In this document: piece by piece, positions 56,219 through 64,000 of the stretch
Layout: every line of letters starts with the position of its first letter
How positions within the stretch are numbered: position 1 is the first letter of the stretch
From: Candidatus Cryptobacteroides sp.
GTDB lineage: Bacteria; Bacteroidota; Bacteroidia; Bacteroidales; UBA932
DNA length: 64,000 nt
NCBI GenBank assembly: GCA_045649795.1
Contig: JAZRQM010000081.1
Location: 38,895 to 102,894 of the forward strand
Reading direction: 5' to 3'
The notes under the pieces: generated by a model
What the model was told of the DNA's origin: nothing
The model's database searches: none
The model's input: the letters and a program-made list of their open reading frames with translations, nothing else
Position numbers and translations under genes: made by a program

Positions 56219-57882
56219 AGGCTGCTGCCTCCTATGAAGCTTCTAAGAAGCGAAGTAGAAGGAACTTCCTTGTCAGAGACAGGAGTGAAATAGCTGAGGA
56301 ACTTCTTGAGGCGGTGCACTTCGCTGTATTCCGGACAGTTCTTCGGAACTGTCATGAGGATCCTTTCTGCATGGGCACGCACCACAGCAAATTCGACCAG
56401 ATATGCGGAGTTGAAGAGCACATCCGCATTTTCCTGGTATGGATATATCCACTGCACCTCGGAGCGGCGGACATTCGGCCAGTGCATGATCGATTCGCGG
56501 GCCGTGAATGCTCCCTTGTTGAAGTCTCGTACGATACGTCTGAGGAGACGGTTGTCGCTTGTCGGAATGCAGTTGTGGTCGTCCAAAGAGATGCTGGTGA
56601 TCGTATTGATGAAGATCCTGTATTTGCATGAATCGTCGACCTGATCGGTCAGGCGAGGGTTCAATGCATGGATTCCCTCGATGATGAGAATCGATCCCGG
56701 CTCGAGCTTCAGCTTCTTTCCGTTGAACTCGCGAAGGCCTGTAACGAAGTTATACTCAGGCACATCCACTGTCTCACCAGCCAAAAGTTTCAGCACATCG
56801 CTCTGCAGATATCGATGGTCGACCGTCTCAAAATTGTCAAAGTCAAACTCTCCGTTCGGAAGACGTGGAGTATCGAGACGGTTCACGAAATAATCATCGG
56901 TCGAGAATGAGATAGGACGGATACCGCAAGCCTTCAGCTGGATGCTCAGACGTTTGCAGAATGTAGACTTTCCGCTTGAGCTTGGACCTGTTATGAGCAC
57001 AAGACGTACCGGATTCTCAGGATCATTGACGCGTCTTTCGATCTCCTCGGCGATCTGCACGATCTTCTTTTCCTGAAGAGCCTCGGCGATCTTTATAAGG
57101 TCGGAAGCCTCTCCCCTCTGGCAAGCCTGATTGACGTCACCGACGTTCTCAAGCCCCATGATCCTGTTCCACTTCAGATTCTCCGCAAACACATCGAATG
57201 TCTTAGGCTGCTCTACGAACGGAGCCAGTTCCTCCGGCTTATGCCTGTCCGGAACTCTGAGGAGCAGACCGTCACGGTACATTTCCAGTCCCCATACCTT
57301 CAGGTTGCCGGTACTTGAAAGCAACGCATCATAATAATAGTCAGGAGTATCCTCCAGAGTATAATAATTCACATACACGTCTCCTGAAGTCTCAAGAAGC
57401 TTGACCTTATCATCATATCCGAGGCTGCGGAAAAGCTCTATCGCCTCTTCCACAAGCACTTCATGGCGACGGAACGGAATGTCCGCCTTGACAAGCTCCG
57501 ACATGCGAGCCTTGATCTTCTCAAGATCCGTCACACCTATCTGTGAGCCGTCTCCCTTATCAATAGAGCAGAAATAACCTTTTGATATCGGCCTGCGCAG
57601 AATCACGCGGCAGCCAGGAAAGACATCCTTGGCAGCCTTGCAAAGAAGGAAGCAGAGCGAATTGCAGTACACGCTTCTTCCTAGATATGACGTATAATCA
57701 TGGAACTCTACCTTACGGCTGTTGAAAGCTCTATACTTCAAGCCCTGGCTTACGTTGTTAACCTTTGCGCACAATATAGGATAAGGTCTATCGAACTCAA
57801 ATGACGGAAGCATGTCCATCAATGTCGTTCCTTCCGGGAATGTCTTGCTTGTCTGGTTGTTGACACAAAAAATCTTTACCAT
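56215..57882 (-). CDS. Nucleoside (uridine) kinase with N-terminal ThrRS-like (TGS/editing) domain
   Basis: GPSSSGKST, DDYF, IIEGIHALNP, RLLRRIVRD, FNSA. Confidence 0.88.
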   Translation of the reverse strand: MVKIFCVNNQTSKTFPEGTTLMDMLPSFEFDRPYPILCAKVNNVSQGLKYRAFNSRKVEFHDYTSYLGRSVYCNSLCFLLCKAAKDVFPGCRVILRRPISKGYFCSIDKGDGSQIGVTDLEKIKARMSELVKADIPFRRHEVLVEEAIELFRSLGYDDKVKLLETSGDVYVNYYTLEDTPDYYYDALLSSTGNLKVWGLEMYRDGLLLRVPDRHKPEELAPFVEQPKTFDVFAENLKWNRIMGLENVGDVNQACQRGEASDLIKIAEALQEKKIVQIAEEIERRVNDPENPVRLVLITGPSSSGKSTFCKRLSIQLKACGIRPISFSTDDYFVNRLDTPRLPNGEFDFDNFETVDHRYLQSDVLKLLAGETVDVPEYNFVTGLREFNGKKLKLEPGSILIIEGIHALNPRLTDQVDDSCKYRIFINTITSISLDDHNCIPTSDNRLLRRIVRDFNKGAFTARESIMHWPNVRRSEVQWIYPYQENADVLFNSAYLVEFAVVRAHAERILMTVPKNCPEYSEVHRLKKFLSYFTPVSDKEVPSTSLLRSFIGGSSL

Positions 57883-57960
57883 ATGTCATCTGATGTGATT
57901 ACAGTCAGCTAATATACAAATAAATTCGGTATATTTGCATGGATGCAATGCTTTTGGACA

Positions 57961-58965
57961 ATGATACGACAGCTATTCCGTAAATATGTGGTCAAAGCCT
58001 TGAGCCATATGGCCCAGGGACTCTTCTGTTCTCTTATCCTCGGCCTTATCATAGGCCAGATCGCAAAGATACCGGGTCTGGATTTCCTGAACTTCATTTC
58101 CGAGGCCCTGTCAGCCTCTTCCCCGCTGGTCGGAGCATGCATAGGCCTAGCTATCGCATACGGTCTTTCCTGTGCCCCTCTGGTCATGATTTCGTCTGCC
58201 ATAACAGGAGCATTGGGCTACCAGTTCGGTGGACCTGTTGGAGCATATCTGGCGGTGATCGTCGGCGAAGAACTCGGAGAGCTTGTATCACGCAAGACTC
58301 CGGTAGACATCATCATAACGCCTCTGGTGACCATTGTCGCTGGAGGACTTTTCGCAAAATTCTGCTGCTCACCTATCAATGACTTCATGCTCTATCTGGG
58401 GGAAGTTATAAACAAGGCGACAATGCTGAGTCCGTTCATGATGGGAATTGCAGTATCGGTTCTGGTAGGATGCGCTTTGACGCTGCCTATCAGCTCTGTA
58501 GCTATATGTGTAATGCTCGGAATAGACGGTCTCGCAGCAGGTGCGGCTACTGTAGGATGCTGCGCACAGATGGTCGGATTCGCGGTAATAAGCTACCGCG
58601 ACAACGGCATGGGAGGGCTGCTCTCACAAGGTCTGGGCACGTCAATGCTTCAGATCGGCAACATTGCCAGGAAGCCTATAATATGGCTCGCTCCGACCCT
58701 TACCTCAGCCATACTCGGTCCTGTGTCGACCGTATGGCTCCAGATGACAAACAACGCCCTGGGAGCCGGCATGGGCACATCAGGACTCGTAGGACCGTTG
58801 GCGACCTTCGCCACAATGACAGAAGCAGGAGCGGCCGCAGGCCCTCTTACGATAAAGATCATATGCCTCTATTTCCTTGCTCCGGCCTTGATCAGCCTGG
58901 GCATACATATGCTGATGAAGAAGGCGGGATGGGTGAAGGCAGGTGACATGAAACTTGAACAATGA
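57961..58965 (+). CDS. PTS IIC-like membrane protein (PfoR/PfoS family)
   Basis: MAQGLFCSLILG, TPVDIIITP, LPISSVA, GLGTSMLQ, AGMGTSGLVGP. Confidence 0.8.
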   Translation: MIRQLFRKYVVKALSHMAQGLFCSLILGLIIGQIAKIPGLDFLNFISEALSASSPLVGACIGLAIAYGLSCAPLVMISSAITGALGYQFGGPVGAYLAVIVGEELGELVSRKTPVDIIITPLVTIVAGGLFAKFCCSPINDFMLYLGEVINKATMLSPFMMGIAVSVLVGCALTLPISSVAICVMLGIDGLAAGAATVGCCAQMVGFAVISYRDNGMGGLLSQGLGTSMLQIGNIARKPIIWLAPTLTSAILGPVSTVWLQMTNNALGAGMGTSGLVGPLATFATMTEAGAAAGPLTIKIICLYFLAPALISLGIHMLMKKAGWVKAGDMKLEQ

Positions 58966-60088
58966 TATGAGATACACTGAAATCGACAATTGCGAGGCAT
59001 TGAGGAAGGCCCTCGAAGCCGGCGGAACATTAAGACATTATGCATTCCAGGGCATGGACTTCCATCCTTGCATGGAGGCTGCACGCCAATGCAGATTCTC
59101 GGACTGCCTTTTCCTCGGTGGCTTCGGAGTCAATGAGCTCAAGGACAGGATGGATGAGACATGTTCAGTATTCCCACGCTTTCACGGACTGCCTTTCAGG
59201 GCTTTCAGAAGCGGCTTATATAATGCGAAAACGCTTTACGAAGGCTACCGCCTCGGCGATCCGGACTCATACAAAGACTGCTTCGACAGCAAGGTGTATG
59301 AACATTATCTGGCTGCAGGAAAGCAGACCGGAGACATCAAGGAGACCCTTGCACGCATCCTCCACGACCATTCTATGAACGACGGACTCGACGATTTCCT
59401 GCGTTCATTCGAAGAGAGGAGTATTGTCGGAATCATGGGTGGACACGGACTTTCACGATGTGACGAGAGCTATCGTAAAGTGGTGATGGTCAGTAAGAAA
59501 CTCACAGAAGGCGGCAGCCTCATGGTCAGCGGTGGAGGCCCTGGAGCAATGGAAGCGACCCACCTTGGAGCCTGGATGGCGGGAAGGCCTGACTCCGAGG
59601 TCGAAGAAGCTTTGGAAATGCTCGCAGTCGCGCCGTCATACAAGGACAGGCTCTGGCTTGAGACAGCATTCCGCGTGATGGAACGTTTCCCTTCTCCAAA
59701 GTACGTCAGCCTCGGAGTACCGACATGGCTTTATGGACATGAACCTGCGACTCCTTTCGCGACCCATATCGCCAAGTACTTTGACAACAGTACAAGAGAA
59801 GATTCGATTCTTACGATCTCTAAAGGCGGAGTCATCTACTCTCCTGGCAGCGCCGGCACCATGCAGGAGATATTTCAGGATGCCGTTCAGAACCACTATC
59901 TCAGCTTCGGATACGCTAGTCCTATGGTCTTCCTGGGCAAGGAGTTCTGGACAGAGGAGATGCCTGTATACCGCCTGATGCAATACCTGATCGAAAAGGG
60001 AAAGTACAACAACCTCCTCCTCTCGATCACCGACTCTGTCGACGAAATAGTCAGCACAATCGAAGACTTCCGCGATCAGCAGAATTGA
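58955..60088 (+). CDS. LOG-family Rossmann-fold nucleotide-binding protein
   Basis: GIMGGH, SGGGPGAMEA, PTWLYGHEP, PGSAGTMQEIF. Start may be 58964. Confidence 0.82.
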   Translation: MNNDMRYTEIDNCEALRKALEAGGTLRHYAFQGMDFHPCMEAARQCRFSDCLFLGGFGVNELKDRMDETCSVFPRFHGLPFRAFRSGLYNAKTLYEGYRLGDPDSYKDCFDSKVYEHYLAAGKQTGDIKETLARILHDHSMNDGLDDFLRSFEERSIVGIMGGHGLSRCDESYRKVVMVSKKLTEGGSLMVSGGGPGAMEATHLGAWMAGRPDSEVEEALEMLAVAPSYKDRLWLETAFRVMERFPSPKYVSLGVPTWLYGHEPATPFATHIAKYFDNSTREDSILTISKGGVIYSPGSAGTMQEIFQDAVQNHYLSFGYASPMVFLGKEFWTEEMPVYRLMQYLIEKGKYNNLLLSITDSVDEIVSTIEDFRDQQN

Positions 60089-60090
60089 AG

Positions 60091-60561
60091 TCACCTGCCA
60101 GTGATCTTGCGGTGAAAATCAAGGAATCCGCAGATTTCAGGATCTGAAGACTGGAGATCACCCTTACGAGGACCATCCGTACGCCCGGCATGGCCTGATT
60201 CTCTTTCTGATGCTGCCTGGACACTTTCAGAAGTAACCTTCTTCCTTGACTTGCGGGGCTTCGGCAAAGGGAGTTCTTCCCACATGGCCTGACTCACGCT
60301 CTTGAGAAGATGGGCATTGCCCTCGTCAGCAAATAGGATGAAAAGTTTGGATCCGGGAAAGAGTTCCCTCATTTCGGCATCCGGAAGAAGCTTGCTGGCA
60401 GTAGGAGTGTTCTGCAGCAGAATCTGCTCATCCGCAAGAAATCCGAGCACACGGCCTTGCAGATACAAAGCATATTCCCCGAACATACGGCGCATGGAAA
60501 AACCATCCAGTCCCCTGAACTGGTTTTCCACAAACTGCGCGTATTCCGGAGAAGTCGCCAT
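60091..60561 (-). CDS. TfoX N-terminal domain protein
   Basis: MATSPEY..RRMFGEYALY..ELPLPKPRK. Confidence 0.82.
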   Translation of the reverse strand: MATSPEYAQFVENQFRGLDGFSMRRMFGEYALYLQGRVLGFLADEQILLQNTPTASKLLPDAEMRELFPGSKLFILFADEGNAHLLKSVSQAMWEELPLPKPRKSRKKVTSESVQAASERESGHAGRTDGPRKGDLQSSDPEICGFLDFHRKITGR

Positions 60562-60959
60562 TATCTCACATCAAGAAGAGTGATGTCGAAAATAAGTGTC
60601 GAGAACGCCTTGATGGCTCCGGCAGGACGTGAACCGTAACCCAGATTGTATGGGATAACTATCTCCCAACGTGAGCCGGCAGGCATTTCGCGAAGTGCTG
60701 TTATCCAGCCGGTTATGAGTTCATTCAGACGGAATGTCGCAGGGCGTCCCTTCTGCGTCTGGTCAAAGACCTTTCCGTTTATGAGCTTGCCGGTATAATA
60801 AACGGTCACGAAGCTCTTCGGAGAAGGCTTAGGGCCATTTCCCTTTGTGATCTCACGGTACATGACACCGTTGAACATAATCTTTACGCCAGGCTTCTGA
60901 GCGTATTCCTGAAGAAACTCCTGGTTTCTCAGCTTGTATGCATTATCTACAGGTGGCAT
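60561..60959 (-). CDS. FKBP-type peptidyl-prolyl isomerase
   Basis: YTGKLINGKVFD, LITGW, IPYNLGYG, STLIFDITLL. Confidence 0.92.
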   Translation of the reverse strand: MPPVDNAYKLRNQEFLQEYAQKPGVKIMFNGVMYREITKGNGPKPSPKSFVTVYYTGKLINGKVFDQTQKGRPATFRLNELITGWITALREMPAGSRWEIVIPYNLGYGSRPAGAIKAFSTLIFDITLLDVR

Positions 60960-60962
60960 GGC

Positions 60963-61310
60963 TTAGTGGCAGTCATGGTGATCGCAAAGCTCACCGTTAT
61001 CCTTTATGTTTCCGGCAAGGTACTCCTTCACGAGTTCCTCTATGTCTCCGCTACATCCGCGGATCACTTCGATTCTCTGCGCCTCAAGCACATTCTTCGC
61101 TCCCTGGCCCATGTTTCCGGCCAGCATCACAGCCACACCCATCTGCTTGAGCACAGGGGCTATTCCGCTCTTGCATCCGCATCCCTCTGGAGAGGCCAGC
61201 TTCGAGGAACCGGCAACCTTTCCGTCAATGACGTCGAAAATCGTATAATATGCGCAATGGCCGAAATGATCGTCCACGCGTCCGTCTCTTGTTGGTACAG
61301 CAATCTTCAT
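60963..61310 (-). CDS. NifB/NifX-family Fe-Mo cofactor-binding protein
   Basis: MKIAVPT..VDDHFGHC, GCGCKSG, AGNMGQGA, C-terminal CDHHDCH. Confidence 0.85.
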   Translation of the reverse strand: MKIAVPTRDGRVDDHFGHCAYYTIFDVIDGKVAGSSKLASPEGCGCKSGIAPVLKQMGVAVMLAGNMGQGAKNVLEAQRIEVIRGCSGDIEELVKEYLAGNIKDNGELCDHHDCH

Positions 61311-61369
61311 GTCTTGAATATTTTCTTCAAAGTTAGCCCTTAATGCAGAATTATGCAAATCAAGGAGTA

Positions 61370-61385
61370 TGGCACAAGCGTTGCT
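61370..61385 (+). promoter_or_regulatory. sigma54 (RpoN) -24/-12 promoter
   Basis: TGGCAC-AAGCG-TTGCT, an exact TGGCAC-N5-TTGC match, ~30 nt upstream of the FprA remnant. Confidence 0.75.
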
Positions 61386-61414
61386 TTATCGGCCAGAAAA
61401 TGAATTGAATTGTC

Positions 61415-61705
61415 ATGAGCAAGATCAGCGAAAGGATCCGCCATATAGGCGTGAAGCACTGCGAGAATACTTTTTGTGAAGGCATATGGCCTTTATCTTT
61501 TAGTATAGGTCACACCTCGTATCCTATTGTAAATAAGAAGATTGCATTGACGGATACAATCAGCGAGGGTTCTGAGAAGAATTATCTTGTCGCCAACCAT
61601 ATGGAACCCGACCATTCGTCAATGATTTCCCTCATTCTGGACATATGCTCATATACATGGGCAACTAAGGTTAAAGAGAGTGATATTTGTTCACGTGAAA
61701 CATAA
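61415..61705 (+). pseudogene. Decayed flavodiiron protein (FprA) N-terminal remnant
   Basis: IGV..EGIWPL..SY..KIALTDT..YLVANHMEPDHS is colinear with the FprA N-terminus, but eroded, internally deleted and truncated at 96 aa. Confidence 0.75.
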
Positions 61706-61805
61706 CTTTCTCATTTTCAAGGAATTCGTCATTGACAGGTGGTCATTTTCACCCCACCCATCAAACATTAAACAATTCAATATCAACCATTTACAAAACA
61801 CGGTC

Positions 61806-61967
61806 ATGAAGAAAATGAAATGCGCAAAATGTGGCTGGGTATATGATCCCGCCATCGGAGACCCGAAGAACGGAATTCCTCCGGGTACTCCGTTCAAAAA
61901 CCTTCCTGCAGACTGGCGCTGCCCGGTATGCAAGCAACCGAAGTCCATGTTCTTCCCTGAAGAATAG
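61806..61967 (+). CDS. Rubredoxin
   Basis: [38 protein letters not shown]. Confidence 0.93.
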   Translation: MKKMKCAKCGWVYDPAIGDPKNGIPPGTPFKNLPADWRCPVCKQPKSMFFPEE

Positions 61968-62027
61968 GACGGGGAGTCAAAAATGCCTATATTTGCCTGT
62001 TACGCGAACCATAACCCTGATTAACCT

Positions 62028-62672
62028 ATGAACAGAATCAAACTTGCCATATTGGACTTTGACGGAACACTCGGCGATACGACGGACCTGATCGTAAGGA
62101 CGACACAGGCTGCCATAAAGGAGTTGGGCCTGCCGGAGCGAAGCGACGAGCAGTGCGCGGCGATGATCGGACTGAGGCTTGTAGAGATACCTCCTGTGCT
62201 TTTCCCGGAGTGTGATGTCGACAGGGACGTTTATGCGGCAACCTACCGCAGGATCTTCAATGAATTAAACACGGACGGGGCTGTACAGCTGTACCCCAAC
62301 GTCATTGAAACGCTGAAGGAGATGAAGAGGCGCGGAATCATCCTGACCATAGCGAGCAGCCGCAGCAACGCCTCTCTGACAGAGTACATCAACAATCTAG
62401 GCCTTTCATCCACCATCACCTACATCCTGGGCGCTAACGATGTAAAGCAGGGAAAACCGCACCCCGAGGCTGTGCTCAAGACACTTGAGAAGTACAACAT
62501 ACCTGCCGAGGAGGCAATCATGGTTGGAGACACAATATTCGACATCGAAATGGGCCGCAATGCCGGCACAAAGACATGCGGAGTGACATATGGAAACGGA
62601 AGCAGAGAAAGCCTAAGCACGGCAGACTGGCTTATTGACGACTTCAGCCAGCTTCTTGAACTGACAGCCTGA
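62028..62672 (+). CDS. HAD-superfamily hydrolase (phosphoglycolate phosphatase-like)
   Basis: DFDGTLGDT, IASS, KPHPE, MVGDTIFDIEMG. Confidence 0.88.
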   Translation: MNRIKLAILDFDGTLGDTTDLIVRTTQAAIKELGLPERSDEQCAAMIGLRLVEIPPVLFPECDVDRDVYAATYRRIFNELNTDGAVQLYPNVIETLKEMKRRGIILTIASSRSNASLTEYINNLGLSSTITYILGANDVKQGKPHPEAVLKTLEKYNIPAEEAIMVGDTIFDIEMGRNAGTKTCGVTYGNGSRESLSTADWLIDDFSQLLELTA

Positions 62673-62753
62673 AAACACCTTACCCGAACGGTTGAATTTG
62701 GCATTTAGCCAATTTAAAGGTATTTTTGCAGAATTAACCTAAAAGACAAAACC

Positions 62754-63938
62754 ATGTATACTCATTCTGGCAAGCCGAATACGCGCATAGACGTGGCTGA
62801 TATCCTCAGAGGTATCGCAATCGGAGGCATCATCCTTATCCATTTCATCGAGCACATGAACTTCTACAGCTTTCCTGAAGCAACAAGCGCTTTCTGGGGA
62901 AAGATGAATCAGGCAGTATGGGACTCAACATTCTTCCTTCTTGCAGGAAAGATGTACGCCATCTTCGCCATGCTCTTCGGTCTGAGCTTCTACATCCAGC
63001 ACGACAACCAGGCTCAGAAAGGAATTGATTTCAGACCTCGCTTCGTATGGAGAATGATCCTCCTGATGCTCTTCGGTCTGTTCGACCTGCTCTTCTACAA
63101 CGGAGACATACTCTTCCTCTACGCTGTATGCGGACTTCTCATCATCCCGTTCATCAGAGCCAGCGACAAGGTTATCCTTATCGCCGCATCCTTCCTTCTG
63201 CTTCAGCCGGTGGAAATCGCATACATAATCAAGGGTCTTGTGAACCCGGCGGCACTGCCTATGGATCTTGGCAGCGGAGCATGCTGGGGCCCGCTCTATA
63301 AGGCCTGCGGAGACGGTTCAATCATCGATGTAGCAGTTGCAGGCATACGCTACGGACTGCCTGTAAACTTCCTTTGGGCCATCGAAAACGGCCGAATGAC
63401 CCAGACTGTATGCTTTTTCCTCTTCGGAATCCTTCTCGGACGTAAAAGAATGTTTTACAATGAGGGAAACAATCTTGTTAGATGGAAGAACATTTTTGTT
63501 ATCGCCCTCTTGGGCTTCATTGTGATGCTTCCTCTGTATTATCTCGTTCCAAAAGCGACACAGAGCATCCCTTGTGCATCACACAGCTTTAACGTAATGT
63601 TCAACATGTGGAAGAACTTCTGCATGATGATGATGATCGTATCGGGAGTGACCCTCGCATACTACAAGACATCAGCCAAAAACTGGCTTATCAAGATAGC
63701 ACCATACGGCCGTATGAGCCTTACCAACTATCTTTCGCAGTCCATCATCGGAGGACTCATTTTCTACAACTGGGGCTTCGGCCTCTTCAGACATTGCGGA
63801 CATACCGCAAGCTTCATGATGGGTGCATGCTTCATCGTAATCCAGTTCCTCTTCTGCCATTGGTGGCTCAAGAGCCACAAGAGAGGCCCGTTCGAAGAGT
63901 TGTGGAACCAGGCAACATGGTTCGGCAAGCATAAATAA
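62754..63938 (+). CDS. DUF418 (YeiB-like) membrane protein
   Basis: RIDVADILRGIA, FAMLFGLSF, GDIL, GRMSLTNYLSQS, GPFEELW. Confidence 0.88.
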   Translation: MYTHSGKPNTRIDVADILRGIAIGGIILIHFIEHMNFYSFPEATSAFWGKMNQAVWDSTFFLLAGKMYAIFAMLFGLSFYIQHDNQAQKGIDFRPRFVWRMILLMLFGLFDLLFYNGDILFLYAVCGLLIIPFIRASDKVILIAASFLLLQPVEIAYIIKGLVNPAALPMDLGSGACWGPLYKACGDGSIIDVAVAGIRYGLPVNFLWAIENGRMTQTVCFFLFGILLGRKRMFYNEGNNLVRWKNIFVIALLGFIVMLPLYYLVPKATQSIPCASHSFNVMFNMWKNFCMMMMIVSGVTLAYYKTSAKNWLIKIAPYGRMSLTNYLSQSIIGGLIFYNWGFGLFRHCGHTASFMMGACFIVIQFLFCHWWLKSHKRGPFEELWNQATWFGKHK

Positions 63939-63950
63939 CAAAACCAGAAC

Positions 63951-64000
63951 ATGTCAAACGAATTACTGATAATATTATCTTTCATCGTCATCTACGGCGG
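63951..64000 (+). CDS. Start of a membrane protein (possibly VUT/YhhQ queuosine-precursor transporter); runs off the window
   Basis: MSNELLIILSFIVIYG; only 16 codons are visible. Confidence 0.35.
   Translation, partial: MSNELLIILSFIVIYG

Noticed and set aside
60963-61310. Nitrogen fixation inferred from the NifB/NifX-family gene
   Set aside because: Stand-alone members are common in non-diazotrophic anaerobes; no nif genes are present in the window.
61680-61805. N-terminal extension of rubredoxin
   Set aside because: The canonical 53-aa rubredoxin begins at ATG 61806 after a typical A-rich leader.

Overview
Chromosomal window from a Bacteroidota bacterium, most likely a gut or rumen Bacteroidales (inferred from TAnnTTTG -7 promoters, A-rich Shine-Dalgarno-less start regions and gene content). 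Housekeeping and redox genes flank a ~34-kb arabinoxylan/hemicellulose CAZyme cluster (15.9-50.1 kb: GH97, SASA esterase, 2x GH43, GH29, GH10-CE1, 2x GH9, GH51, carboxylesterase, GH127/146, GH115, 2x GH3) that has no SusC/SusD or regulator in view. I saw no rRNA, tRNA, CRISPR array or transposase. The most striking non-annotated signals are: (1) a complete ~120-nt candidate small-RNA gene at 9810-9928 (-), with its own promoter, three 21-bp-spaced upstream repeats, a 5' hairpin, a U-rich single-stranded core and a GUGA-loop terminator, whose core is complementary to the translation-initiation regions of three CAZyme-cluster genes in this window; (2) a paralog-like copy of its 3' module in the 3' UTR of GH115; (3) an unannotated 38-aa YxxP peptide directly upstream of a fimbrillin-like/M64 peptidase lipoprotein; (4) a palindromic repeat inserted in-frame in an aldehyde dehydrogenase, plus a 115-bp TIR-bounded element upstream of it; (5) a sigma54-type promoter in front of a decayed flavodiiron gene and an intact rubredoxin. 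All product calls come from motif recognition by eye; no database search was run.
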